Source: an archaeon (lineage in GTDB: Archaea; Nanobdellota; Nanobdellia; Pacearchaeales; UBA284). From it: DNA of 62,577 nucleotides. Made by a program: the position numbers and the translations under genes. The stretch lies in NCBI GenBank assembly GCA_030612665.1, contig JAUWNL010000001.1:1-62577 (forward strand). The letters are read 5' to 3'. Under the pieces are notes generated by a model, which made no database searches, was not told where the DNA came from, and was given only the letters and a program-made list of their open reading frames with translations. Below are positions 52,204 to 61,873 of this stretch, piece by piece (the first letter of the stretch is position 1; every line of letters starts with the position of its first letter).

Positions 52204-53541
52204 TTAACTTATCTTTTCGCTTTTCTTGAGAAGATACCATTTCATTGGTCTATTAAACAGGGCTTTAACTATGCCTTTATTAACAAAAAAAGTGGTTACT
52301 AAACCAATAGTAAAAGAAGAAAAAAATGCTTTAGGTATTAATTTTGTTTTTTTTGCTCTGACAAGAGCAAAAGCACTTGCGATAAGAAAACCTCCAGTTA
52401 AAGCAAGATTTCTTGTTATTTCATAGAATGTGTTGTTCCAATCAATTGGAGCAACTGGTTTTGTGAAAAAAGCTATTGCACCACACAAAAAAATTCCGAG
52501 AAATAGGACTACAGGCAATATATAACCAAAACTTCCCATCATAGTAAATAATTTTTGTTTTCCTGAAATCACTTTTGAAGTTAAAATATCTTTACCATGG
52601 TTCTTATATGCAGAGATAACTCCATAAGCCCACCTCATCTGTTGCCTATAGAGATCAAAAGGCCGGCTAGGAGTTTCATTATAACACTCTAATCCAGGAA
52701 GGTAATGTATTTTCTTTCTTTTTTTATGTAATCTTAAAGAATATTCAATATCCTCAGTCAAACTTCCATGTTTCCAACCTCCTAATTCAACAAGATCTTT
52801 TTTTCTAACTGCCTCTGCTGAACCGCAAAGGAATCCAACATCTTGTTTTTTAAGAAAAGATAAAGAAACATGATGAAATGTATATCCAATTGTAGAACCT
52901 AAGGCAGTAACTATATTTTTATTAGCATTATTAAATTTCCATCTTGCTTGGACTCCAGAAACATTCTTATCTTTAAAAGGAACAACAATTCTCTTTAGAA
53001 AATCTTTTCCTGGTGCAAAATCTGAATCAAAAAGAACAATTATTTCTCCCTTGCTGTATTTTAACATATAATTAAGATTTCCTGGTTTATATCCTGACTT
53101 GTCTGGTCTTATTGTCACTTTAATATTCTTAAATTTCTTTTTATATTTTTCCACAAATTTATTAATTTTTTTAGAAACATTTTCTTTAGTGCTATCATCT
53201 CCGATAATAATCTCATATCTATTATTAGGATAACTAAAATTAATACATTTTTTAGCGCATCTTAGGGCAATAATCTCATTTTTAGTGGGAATCTGAATCG
53301 TAACAAAAGGCAATTTTATTTTTTTATTGATTTTTTCTTCTTGTTTAATTTTTTCATCTTTTGTTATAATGACATTGAAGGTCATAAATAAATAACATAA
53401 AGAAACAATAGCTCCCACAGCCAAAGAGATAAAAAATAATATATTAAAAACATGATAAACAGGCTCTGGAATCAAATTATTGATATAGATATATTTCTCC
53501 ATATAAGCATAATATGCTGACTGCAATACTTCAAAAACCAT
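52204..53541 (-). CDS. Membrane-embedded processive family-2 glycosyltransferase (cellulose/chitin-synthase-like)
   Basis: VTIQIPTKNE, IIIGDDST, DSDF (DxD) and QQMRWAYG (QxxRW), with flanking TM helices. Confidence 0.8.
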   Translation of the reverse strand: MVFEVLQSAYYAYMEKYIYINNLIPEPVYHVFNILFFISLAVGAIVSLCYLFMTFNVIITKDEKIKQEEKINKKIKLPFVTIQIPTKNEIIALRCAKKCINFSYPNNRYEIIIGDDSTKENVSKKINKFVEKYKKKFKNIKVTIRPDKSGYKPGNLNYMLKYSKGEIIVLFDSDFAPGKDFLKRIVVPFKDKNVSGVQARWKFNNANKNIVTALGSTIGYTFHHVSLSFLKKQDVGFLCGSAEAVRKKDLVELGGWKHGSLTEDIEYSLRLHKKRKKIHYLPGLECYNETPSRPFDLYRQQMRWAYGVISAYKNHGKDILTSKVISGKQKLFTMMGSFGYILPVVLFLGIFLCGAIAFFTKPVAPIDWNNTFYEITRNLALTGGFLIASAFALVRAKKTKLIPKAFFSSFTIGLVTTFFVNKGIVKALFNRPMKWYLLKKSEKIS

Positions 53542-53577
53542 TTTGTAAATATTTTGTAAGCAATTCAGGATTGATTT

Positions 53578-53610
53578 TATCCTCTTTTATCCTCTTCTGT
53601 CCTCTTTTAT
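53578..53610. repeat. Three tandem 10-nt units; on the sense (minus) strand AAAGAGGACA GAAGAGGATA AAAGAGGATA, 37-70 nt upstream of the GT2 ATG
   Basis: The plus strand reads TATCCTCTTT TATCCTCTTC TGTCCTCTTT. It shares the AGGATAA core with 329..365. Confidence 0.7.
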
Positions 53611-53649
53611 CTGTGATTTGATATCTAGATTAATATCTAAATTAATTAA

Positions 53650-54918
53650 CTACTCACTCTTTAAAAACATTTTCTTTATAACACTTACAATAATTGCGGC
53701 ATTTAAGAGGAGAGTATAGGGAAAATAAAAGAAAATGGCAATCATGCTCTTAAGAGTGAGTTTTCCTTTAAACATATACATTGCCCAAATTATTAAAAAT
53801 AAACTGATAATTCCAGAAACTACCCCAAAAATACTATAAAAAGATACTCCCCATACAGGAATTTTATAAATCACATAAACAGGCCCAAGTAAAGAAAACC
53901 ATCTAAAGAGATACATAAACATCGAGGCAAAGTTTTGATTATTGTAAGGCATCCAATATGCAACCTGATATGCCAACAAAGGAAATAATATAAATGAATA
54001 AAAAGTCCACCAATAATGATTAAAGAAAAGAAAAAGCATAGATGCATTAGATTTAATTGAAAATAAGGATTTATTTCTTTTCAATGAATCTAACGTTGCC
54101 AGCCACCATCTTGTTCTTTGTTTGAAAAGTCCTTTTATAGTATCTGGAACAAGGGTATAAACAAAAGCATTATGAACATTCTTCATTGTATAACCCACAC
54201 GATATATTGACAAATTAGTATTAACATCTTCTCCCATCAGACCTCCTTTAAAATAACCAATTTTCTCTATGGCACTTTTTCTATAACAAGCAAATGCACC
54301 AAAAAACCAGACCACATTTCCAAAGAGATTTGAGAAACTTCTTCTAGAAAGATTGAGGAGATAATATTCTATATTTTGAAAAACACCGAGAAAACAATGT
54401 TTATTCTCGACTAAAAGGGATCCATTTGTCGCTCCAACTTTTTTGTCTTGGAGTGGAACAACTATTCTCTTTAGAGAATTTTTATCAATAAAAGTATCTG
54501 CATCTATAGTAAGAATAATCTCGTGGGAAGACTTTTTAACACCAAAATTTAGAACAAAGGGTTTATGCCATTTTCCAATGTCGCTTTTTTTACGTTTAAG
54601 ATTAAAAATTCTAATTTTTCTGTATTTTTTCTTTAAATTTCTTAATATATTTGATGTATTGTCTGTTGAACCATCATTTATAATAATAATCTCGATCTTT
54701 CTTTTTGGATAATCAAGAGAAAAAATAGAATTCAGACAATTAGTTATATTTTTTTCTTCGTTATAACAAGGCACTATGATACTAACACAAGGTTCATACT
54801 TTTTGTATTCTTTTTTTACGAACAATGAAAGAAAAGTAGTGAAAAAAATGAACATTAGAAAGAGGAATAGAATTAAAAAAACAAAAATTCCAATTTGCAT
54901 TATAATATCTGCAGCCAT
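53650..54918 (-). CDS. Membrane-embedded processive family-2 glycosyltransferase
   Basis: VSIIVPCYNEE, IIINDGSTD, DADT (DxD) and QRTRWW (QxxRW), with N- and C-terminal TM helices. Confidence 0.85.
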   Translation of the reverse strand: MAADIIMQIGIFVFLILFLFLMFIFFTTFLSLFVKKEYKKYEPCVSIIVPCYNEEKNITNCLNSIFSLDYPKRKIEIIIINDGSTDNTSNILRNLKKKYRKIRIFNLKRKKSDIGKWHKPFVLNFGVKKSSHEIILTIDADTFIDKNSLKRIVVPLQDKKVGATNGSLLVENKHCFLGVFQNIEYYLLNLSRRSFSNLFGNVVWFFGAFACYRKSAIEKIGYFKGGLMGEDVNTNLSIYRVGYTMKNVHNAFVYTLVPDTIKGLFKQRTRWWLATLDSLKRNKSLFSIKSNASMLFLFFNHYWWTFYSFILFPLLAYQVAYWMPYNNQNFASMFMYLFRWFSLLGPVYVIYKIPVWGVSFYSIFGVVSGIISLFLIIWAMYMFKGKLTLKSMIAIFFYFPYTLLLNAAIIVSVIKKMFLKSE

Positions 54919-54976
54919 TTGTTAATATTTATTAATTAATCCCTTCCCTTAATTACTTTGTTAATCAATTTATCAA

Positions 54977-55783
54977 TCAAAATAGGGCCCTTGCGCCTGT
55001 TACAATAAAGTAAGTAAAAGTTAAAAGTATTGCGCTATGCTTGATTCCTGCTTTGATTGTCCCCTCACTTAATTTTCCAGTTACAAGCCCTGCGAAAAAG
55101 GCCTGAGTCAACATCAAGATAAAGAAAGCGTTTTTAAAAAGTTGCTGTTGTCCTTCAAGACCTTGCTGTTGTTGTCCAATTGTCCCAGAAATCATTGGTA
55201 ATAAGCTAAGTTCAACAAAAAGCATAATAATAATAAAAATAATAAAAATAATATACCCCTGAACAATCATATTATACATCTTTGACTTTCTTTCCTTCTT
55301 AAGATTCTCTACTTCTTCAACACTCTTAACAACCTGGTCAACTATATTTGCAATATTCCCTCCAGAAGTTTCTGCCTCAATAATCAACTCAACACTCCTC
55401 GATATAATTCTATTCTTTGTATCACTAGCAAAGATCTTGAATGCCTTACGAAATGGAATTCCTATCCTTATCTGATTAGCCAATTTTTTAACATTAACAC
55501 TTAGAGAACCATAATCTTTATCAGCAAGAATCAAGATACTTTTAGTTATTGCTATTCCACTTTTAACATTTTCACTTATATTTCTTGCAAACTCAAGGAA
55601 TTTTTCTTCCTTGTCTTTTTCACGCCCAGACTCAATAATAAAAGAAGCAAAAAAAGGCAATAAGGCGATAACCACAGCAATACCCAAAACAAAAAAGAAA
55701 AGTTTAGTCTGCATTAAAAAAAGAAAGTTGAGAACAACTAAGACAAATGCAATCAAAAGTCCAATAATCTGTATTTTTTTCAT
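54977..55783 (-). CDS. T2SS-F-domain membrane protein (TadC/FlaJ-like) of a type IV pilus-like system
   Basis: N-terminal helices and a cytoplasmic helical T2SSF-like domain (IPFRKAFKIFASD...ELIIEAETSGGNIANIV), then C-terminal TM helices. Confidence 0.65.
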   Translation of the reverse strand: MKKIQIIGLLIAFVLVVLNFLFLMQTKLFFFVLGIAVVIALLPFFASFIIESGREKDKEEKFLEFARNISENVKSGIAITKSILILADKDYGSLSVNVKKLANQIRIGIPFRKAFKIFASDTKNRIISRSVELIIEAETSGGNIANIVDQVVKSVEEVENLKKERKSKMYNMIVQGYIIFIIFIIIMLFVELSLLPMISGTIGQQQQGLEGQQQLFKNAFFILMLTQAFFAGLVTGKLSEGTIKAGIKHSAILLTFTYFIVTGARALF

Positions 55784-55801
55784 TTTTTTATGTTCTCATC
55801 T

Positions 55802-57073
55802 TTACGTTTTTGGTTGAGTGAGTTGAAGGAATATTAAAAAGATAAAATTTAATAGAGCAATAACAACAATACCAATTGTTGAAAGAGTGGCAGCATCAAA
55901 TCCCATGATTCCTGTTCCAAGTGAGCCTATTATCACTAAGATTAACATAAACATGAGTGGCGCTGCAATCAACAAGGCAGTATAAATATCAGCATACATA
56001 CTGATTGTTGTGGCATATTTTTCTCTTGAAAGTTTATAATCTCTCAACATATCTTTTGCTTTTTCATTTAAATAACTCGAGAGATTCCCTCCACCAGTAA
56101 TTGTTGCCGACATCCCATTGAGAAGTTCAGCAAATTTCTTATTACTTGTCATGCTTGCCACATTTTTCAAAGCACTTGTAAGATCATAACCATAAATGTT
56201 AATTTGATTAACAATTTTTCTTGCTTCTTTAGCAATGTTTTTATATTCTCGACTGAGAGCTAAAATTTTGAAGATTTTTGATGGCTCAACACCAGAACTT
56301 GCAATAGCAGACATATGCACGGTTGCAAAAGGTAATTCATTTTCTATATCTTGTTTTGTTCCTGAAATCTTTGAACTAGGATACAAGTAAAATGAAATAA
56401 AAACAATAAAAGGTAATAACAATGAGAGTGCTATATTACGCAAAAAAACTAAGATTGTTGCATTGCTTAAAATACTAATTAAAAAAGCAAAAAATAATCC
56501 TACAAAAAAAGCAACAAAAGTGGAAAAAAACATCAAAGACAAGTATGCTGAGAGCAAAAAAGGCATATTTGCCTTCCTAATCGAATATTTTAAATCTTTA
56601 AATAAGGTCTGAGATAATTCAAAAGCAAGTGGACCAAACAAACGATTAGAAAATCCAATGACTCCAGTTCTTCTTTCAATAGTCCTAAAGCCCTTACCTT
56701 CAATAATTCTCTCCTCTTCTTTTGTTTTTACTTTCCTTTTTATTTTTCTTAGAAGAGATTTCTCAATCTTAAGGTCTTTAAGAAATTGTTCTTTCTCTAT
56801 CTTTGAAACATAAAATCTCCCTTCCTCAGTCACAATCCTAGAATATTTTGGAGGAGGTAATAACTTCTTAGCTCTAGGTTCCTTACCAAGAAGTTCGGGG
56901 ACTGAATCATTCAACACACTAAATTGATGTAACAATGAGAAAATTGATTTATCAAACATAAGTTTCTCTTTCTCAACAAGCTCTCTTCGTTGATCTAGAA
57001 GAAAGTCAATCTCTCCCAAAATCCTCTTTTCCTTGTTGATTGTACTTTTTAATATATTAATTTTCATTTTCAT
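55802..57073 (-). CDS. FlaJ/PilC-like T2SS-F-domain membrane protein
   Basis: LPFATVHMSAIASSGVEPSKIF...LNGMSATITGGGNLSSYL is typical of archaeal FlaJ/TadB-like platform proteins. It has multiple TM helices. Confidence 0.75.
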   Translation of the reverse strand: MKMKINILKSTINKEKRILGEIDFLLDQRRELVEKEKLMFDKSIFSLLHQFSVLNDSVPELLGKEPRAKKLLPPPKYSRIVTEEGRFYVSKIEKEQFLKDLKIEKSLLRKIKRKVKTKEEERIIEGKGFRTIERRTGVIGFSNRLFGPLAFELSQTLFKDLKYSIRKANMPFLLSAYLSLMFFSTFVAFFVGLFFAFLISILSNATILVFLRNIALSLLLPFIVFISFYLYPSSKISGTKQDIENELPFATVHMSAIASSGVEPSKIFKILALSREYKNIAKEARKIVNQINIYGYDLTSALKNVASMTSNKKFAELLNGMSATITGGGNLSSYLNEKAKDMLRDYKLSREKYATTISMYADIYTALLIAAPLMFMLILVIIGSLGTGIMGFDAATLSTIGIVVIALLNFIFLIFLQLTQPKT

Positions 57074-57103
57074 TCATTTTCATTAGTTCTCATTCCTTTT
57101 CAT

Positions 57104-57271
57104 TCATTTCACAATTAAAAGTAAATTTTTAATCTCAGACTGAATCGAGATGATAAAATCTACAACTTCTTTCTCTTTTTTCCTTGACAAATCCTGCTCA
57201 AATTTTTCTAATGCTTTATCCATTGAATCAAGAAGTTGATTCAAAAAGAAAATCTTCTCTTTACTTATCAT
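57104..57271 (-). CDS. Possible 55-aa helical protein between the ATPase and platform genes
   Basis: Not in the ORF track. MISKEKIFFLNQLLDSMDKALEKFEQDLSRKKEKEVVDFIISIQSEIKNLLLIVK. It is on the same strand and fills the intergenic gap. Confidence 0.3.
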   Translation of the reverse strand: MISKEKIFFLNQLLDSMDKALEKFEQDLSRKKEKEVVDFIISIQSEIKNLLLIVK

Positions 57272-57312
57272 CTTTCTTCTTTCTCTTTTTTCTTTTATCT
57301 TTGGCTTTAATT

Positions 57313-58836
57313 TTACTTTATAATCCTATATCTTCTAAGCACAGCCTTAGGATTTTTATAATACTCATTAATTATTTTTTGAATTGCATTAAAATCAGTA
57401 ATTTTTCTTTTAAAAAGTTGAAATAAAAATCTAGTCCTGAGTTTGAATTCTTCATGCAGTTTTTCCTTTTCAATTCCATATCTTTCACTGATCTTTTCAA
57501 AAACCTTGCTCTCAGTCTTGAAATAAAATGTATCATCTTTAGGATTCCACATAAATGGAATGTTAGTCATAGCAACTCCATCAGGAGTAACATCCACAAC
57601 CTCAACAACTCGTCTGAGTCTCCTTGTTTCTTTTTTCTTTACAAGTGCATGACTCATGATAATAACCGCATCAAGAGCATTAACAAGAGTCGGACTCAAG
57701 TTTATTGGTGGAGTCTCTAATCTTTTTATGACTGAATCAATTGAATCTGCATGAATGGTGCTTATCGAAGGATGTCCAGAAGACATGCCCTGGAATAAAA
57801 CAAAAGCTTCTTTACCACGAACCTCTCCAACAATAACATAATCAGGATTTTGCCTAAAACTTTCTTTCAACAAGGCAAATAAATCAATCTCACCAATTCC
57901 TCCAACTCCAACTCCACTCCTAGCAACACTTGGCAACCAATTCTCACGAGGCAACATTAATTCACGGGTGTCTTCAATTGAAACAACTCTTGCTTCGGGA
58001 GGTATAAAAAATGCAAGGGCATTTAACATAGTTGTTTTTCCACTACCCGTACCTCCAGTAATAAGTATGTTGCTTTTATACTCAATCAATATCCAGAAAT
58101 AAGCCAACATTTCAGGACTCAATGTATTCATTTTTATAAGTTGTATCGGAGTCCAAGGTACTTTGGTGAACTTACGGATTGTAAAAGTCGGACCTTTACT
58201 ACTAATATCAGTAGTGTATGTTGCATTCACTCTAGAACCATCAGGCAATGAACCATCAAGAAGCGGAGAAGCATAAGAAACATATTTTCCACAACGCTGA
58301 GCAATTTTTTCAATAAAACTAGCAAGCTCTTTCATATCTTTAAATATAACATTAGTTTTTAAATTCCTGAAAATACGATGAACAATATACACAGGGGTAT
58401 TAACTCCATTACATTCAATATCTTCAATGAAAAAATCCTGCATAAATGGCTCAGCTTCATTTAATCCAACAAAATCACGGAAGATATAATAAAAAAGTCT
58501 CTTATAGCTTTCTTCAGTAATCTCTCTTCCTAATTCTTTAAGAAGCACTCTGGCTGTCTTATCAAGATAATTCACAAGAGCGTCTTGACTTTTTTCAAGA
58601 ACAACATCAAGGTTCATTAATTCAGTAATTCCAATCTCAATCTCTTTAAGAATCTTTTTTTCAATTTCATTTAACAAAGGCTCTTCAATTTCATAGAGAA
58701 CTTCGCTAGTTTCTTCATTCCAATAAATATGAACAGAAACATAAGGAGAAATTAAGACATAACGAATATTGATCTTAGTCTTATCCTCGACATGCACAAT
58801 AGGTGGAACTTGTGGATTTAAATCTATATGCATCAT
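57313..58836 (-). CDS. Type II/IV secretion-family ATPase (archaeal FlaI/PilB-like assembly ATPase)
   Basis: Walker A ITGGTGSGKTTMLNAL, IEDTREL, Walker B/Asp box PDYVIVGEVRGKEA and His box GHPSISTIHA. Confidence 0.9.
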   Translation of the reverse strand: MMHIDLNPQVPPIVHVEDKTKINIRYVLISPYVSVHIYWNEETSEVLYEIEEPLLNEIEKKILKEIEIGITELMNLDVVLEKSQDALVNYLDKTARVLLKELGREITEESYKRLFYYIFRDFVGLNEAEPFMQDFFIEDIECNGVNTPVYIVHRIFRNLKTNVIFKDMKELASFIEKIAQRCGKYVSYASPLLDGSLPDGSRVNATYTTDISSKGPTFTIRKFTKVPWTPIQLIKMNTLSPEMLAYFWILIEYKSNILITGGTGSGKTTMLNALAFFIPPEARVVSIEDTRELMLPRENWLPSVARSGVGVGGIGEIDLFALLKESFRQNPDYVIVGEVRGKEAFVLFQGMSSGHPSISTIHADSIDSVIKRLETPPINLSPTLVNALDAVIIMSHALVKKKETRRLRRVVEVVDVTPDGVAMTNIPFMWNPKDDTFYFKTESKVFEKISERYGIEKEKLHEEFKLRTRFLFQLFKRKITDFNAIQKIINEYYKNPKAVLRRYRIIK

Positions 58837-58921
58837 TTTTCTTATGCCTCTTTTTATAGACTAAATAGAGAAAAATTATATTTAAATTTAACTAAATCTC
58901 TCTAAATACTTCTTATTACCT

Positions 58922-59767
58922 TTACTTACCTCTGCTTTTATCAATATCCTCTAAATTTTCTTTATACCACTCAAAAGTTCTTTTGATTCCTTCTTCTATA
59001 CTAATTTTAGGTTTGAATCCAAGTTCCTCAATTTTAGAGATATCTAATTCTATTTGTTGAGGTTGCGCAATTTCAGGAGGAGAAAATTTTTTCTTTCCCT
59101 TGCCAGCTAACTTTATTATTAAATCTGCCACATAATTTAATTTGATTCCCTTACCATCAGAAATATCAAATTCTTCATTCTTTTTATCCATAACAAGTAA
59201 AAATGCATCAACAAAATTATCTATATATGTAAAATCGAGGGTCTTTTCTTCGTCTCCATATATTTCAAGATCATTGTCATGTAAAGCATTTCTAATGAAA
59301 ATATCTGTTACTCTAGCAGTCAAATCATCAAAAGACCCATAGACTGTGCTTGGCCTTATTATTATATAATCTATATTATAACATTGGCAATATCCTTTGC
59401 ATATTTCTTCACCATAAATCTTGCTCGCAGTATAAGGATTTTTTTCTTTTTTCAAAATTCTAGAAGAACTAGTAAAAATGATTTTTGGAATTTTATTCTT
59501 ACGACAAAATTCTAGAACCTTATAAGTCCCAAGGACATTGTGATGAAAAGCAAGTTCTGGATTCCTTACAATCTTACTAACCTTGCAGAAACTAGCGAGA
59601 TGAATCATAACATCAACTTTCTCATCTAATTTTTTATCAAGAATATTAGCAACATCTTGTCCTTCTCTTAAATCTATAAGCAAAACAGGTTTATGTCCTA
59701 ATTTTTTTAATTTTTCAAGAAGAAAACTTCCAATAAGCCCTTTATGGCCTGTCATAATAAATTTCAT
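58922..59767 (-). CDS. NAD-dependent sugar epimerase/dehydratase (SDR family)
   Basis: Rossmann GHKGLIGS, catalytic YTASKIYGE (YxxxK) and 281 aa length. Confidence 0.85.
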   Translation of the reverse strand: MKFIMTGHKGLIGSFLLEKLKKLGHKPVLLIDLREGQDVANILDKKLDEKVDVMIHLASFCKVSKIVRNPELAFHHNVLGTYKVLEFCRKNKIPKIIFTSSSRILKKEKNPYTASKIYGEEICKGYCQCYNIDYIIIRPSTVYGSFDDLTARVTDIFIRNALHDNDLEIYGDEEKTLDFTYIDNFVDAFLLVMDKKNEEFDISDGKGIKLNYVADLIIKLAGKGKKKFSPPEIAQPQQIELDISKIEELGFKPKISIEEGIKRTFEWYKENLEDIDKSRGK

Positions 59768-59952
59768 TTTTTCTCTATTCTTTCTTTTTTCTTTTCCTTT
59801 TTCTTAGTAGCCCACTTTTTCTTTTTTCTACCAAGCTTAAAGTTCTTACGGCATTTACTAGAACAAAAATGCAATACTTTAGAATCAATTGTAACAAAAG
59901 TTATGCCACGACCAAGTTTCATTTGTTTTGAACAATAATTACATCTTGTCAT
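59764..59952 (-). CDS. rpl24e: Ribosomal protein L24e
   Basis: CNYCSKQMKLGRGITFV...LHFCSSKCRKNFKLGR zinc-ribbon signature. Confidence 0.9.
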   Translation of the reverse strand: MTRCNYCSKQMKLGRGITFVTIDSKVLHFCSSKCRKNFKLGRKKKKWATKKKEKKKERIEKK

Positions 59953-59953
59953 T

Positions 59954-60247
59954 TTAAGTGAAAGCTCCTTTCATAACTTTAGTTCTGATTCTCCTTGCTT
60001 CAATTTCAGTCTCACGCAGAATCAAAATATCTTTTAATCTAATCGGACCTTTTGCATTTCTTCTTATAACCTTGCCTTTATTTGGTCCTTGAAGAATTCT
60101 AACATTAACTTGGGTAAGCTCTCCACGGAAACCTGTCTTTCCACATATTTCTTCAACAACTGCTGGTGAAGCACTATAAGCTAGTTTCTCAGTTCCTTTT
60201 TTCCCAGAGCTTTTACCTTGTCTAACCTGTTGTTTTTTACTTCCCAT
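59954..60247 (-). CDS. rps28e: Ribosomal protein S28e with basic N-terminal extension
   Basis: [50 protein letters not shown]. Confidence 0.85.
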   Translation of the reverse strand: MGSKKQQVRQGKSSGKKGTEKLAYSASPAVVEEICGKTGFRGELTQVNVRILQGPNKGKVIRRNAKGPIRLKDILILRETEIEARRIRTKVMKGAFT

Positions 60248-60259
60248 TTTTATGATATG

Positions 60260-60472
60260 CTAAACTTTTATTATTATTTTATTTTTAGAAGGATTCATGA
60301 TATAATTCTCATTCCCCTTATATCTTTTTTCTTTTACTTTCTTTTTCCAAGGAATATAAAATTTACATCTTTGTTTAGGATCTTGGGGATTACATTTTTT
60401 ACACTCTTCTAACATAGGGATGCTATTTTCTTTTATCAAACATGAAGTAAGGTTTTTTCCATTTCTTTTCAT
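60260..60472 (-). CDS. Small (70 aa) basic Cys-containing hypothetical protein inserted between rpl7ae and rps28e
   Basis: An ORF on the same strand with tight spacing. It has four Cys (C11, C25, C28, C37). I recognise no family. Confidence 0.4.
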   Translation of the reverse strand: MKRNGKNLTSCLIKENSIPMLEECKKCNPQDPKQRCKFYIPWKKKVKEKRYKGNENYIMNPSKNKIIIKV

Positions 60473-60494
60473 TTTTTAATTATTAATTATTATG

Positions 60495-60827
<333 letters not shown>

Positions 60828-60887
60828 TTAGCTTTAGTCATTTGGTTTATAAAACAAAGAAAAAATACCTTTAAAAACCTATCGCCA

Positions 60888-61871
60888 TTATCTCCATTTC
60901 ACAATAACATCATCAGTTCTTTCATAAGGATTAATATCAACTTTATCAAGATTTTTCCAACTAATAGCTTGATTTTTCTGTAAGAGTCCTAACCAACAAA
61001 TCATAATGGCATTATCAACAAGCACACTTGCAGGAGGACAAAAAAACCTAGCTCCTCGTTCTTTACACATAATCTTACACATTTCTTGAAATCTTTTATT
61101 GCAAGCAACTCCCCCACCAAGCAACAATTCTTTTTTTCCAAGATGTGCCATGGCCCTCTCAGCAACTTCAATAAGCATAGCAAATGCATATTCTTGAAGT
61201 GAATATGCAAGATCTTCAAGTTTATATTTTTTTGAATTATATTTTTGTTTTAAATTTGTAAGGATTCCAGAAAAAGCAACATCCATCCCTTTAACAGAAT
61301 AAGGAAGCTCAATCAAATTTTTTCCTTTACTTGCAAGTTCAGCAATTTTTGGGCCTCCTGGAAAACCAAGTCCTGTATGTCTTGCAAATGTATCAATAAA
61401 ATTCCCTGCTCCAATATCAAGAGTCTCGCCAAATATTCTATATTTGCCTGATGCATAAGCAATAACTTGTGTATTAGCTCCAGAAACATAAAGTAAAACA
61501 GGATCTCTGCATTTACATAACATTCTCCCGATTTCAAGATGAGCAATGCAATGATTTACAGGAATAACAGGCACTTTTAGTCTTGAAGCAAGTTCTCTAG
61601 CAATATCACGACCTTGAAGCAAACAAGGAGCAAGTCCTGGAGCCTGAGAAAAAGCAATTAATTCAACATCATCAAGTTTTATGCCAGCCTCCCGCAATCC
61701 TCTCTCGACAACAGCATACTTAACTTTTTCATGATGTTTCGCAGCTTCAGTTGGAATAATCCCTCCACTTTTAGTTGTATAACTATCTTTAACATTACTC
61801 AAGATTTCTTTATCTTTCATAACCGAAGCCCCGAAAGTATGTGCTGTTGACTCAATTCCTAAACATATCAT
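60888..61871 (-). CDS. kae1: Kae1, the tRNA N6-adenosine threonylcarbamoyltransferase of the KEOPS complex
   Basis: MICLGIESTAHTFG start, metal-binding NHCIAHLE and GGGVACN. At 327 aa it is not fused to Bud32. Confidence 0.9.
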   Translation of the reverse strand: MICLGIESTAHTFGASVMKDKEILSNVKDSYTTKSGGIIPTEAAKHHEKVKYAVVERGLREAGIKLDDVELIAFSQAPGLAPCLLQGRDIARELASRLKVPVIPVNHCIAHLEIGRMLCKCRDPVLLYVSGANTQVIAYASGKYRIFGETLDIGAGNFIDTFARHTGLGFPGGPKIAELASKGKNLIELPYSVKGMDVAFSGILTNLKQKYNSKKYKLEDLAYSLQEYAFAMLIEVAERAMAHLGKKELLLGGGVACNKRFQEMCKIMCKERGARFFCPPASVLVDNAIMICWLGLLQKNQAISWKNLDKVDINPYERTDDVIVKWR

Positions 61872-61873
61872 TT

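Noticed and set aside
57061-57110. The TTTTCATT-type repeats upstream of the FlaJ-like gene, and the AATGAA repeats at about 1225..1240 and 41599..41619, as a shared functional motif
   Set aside because: These are short AT-rich low-complexity units that are expected by chance in this composition. One lies in an intergenic region and the others in coding regions, so there is no consistent context.
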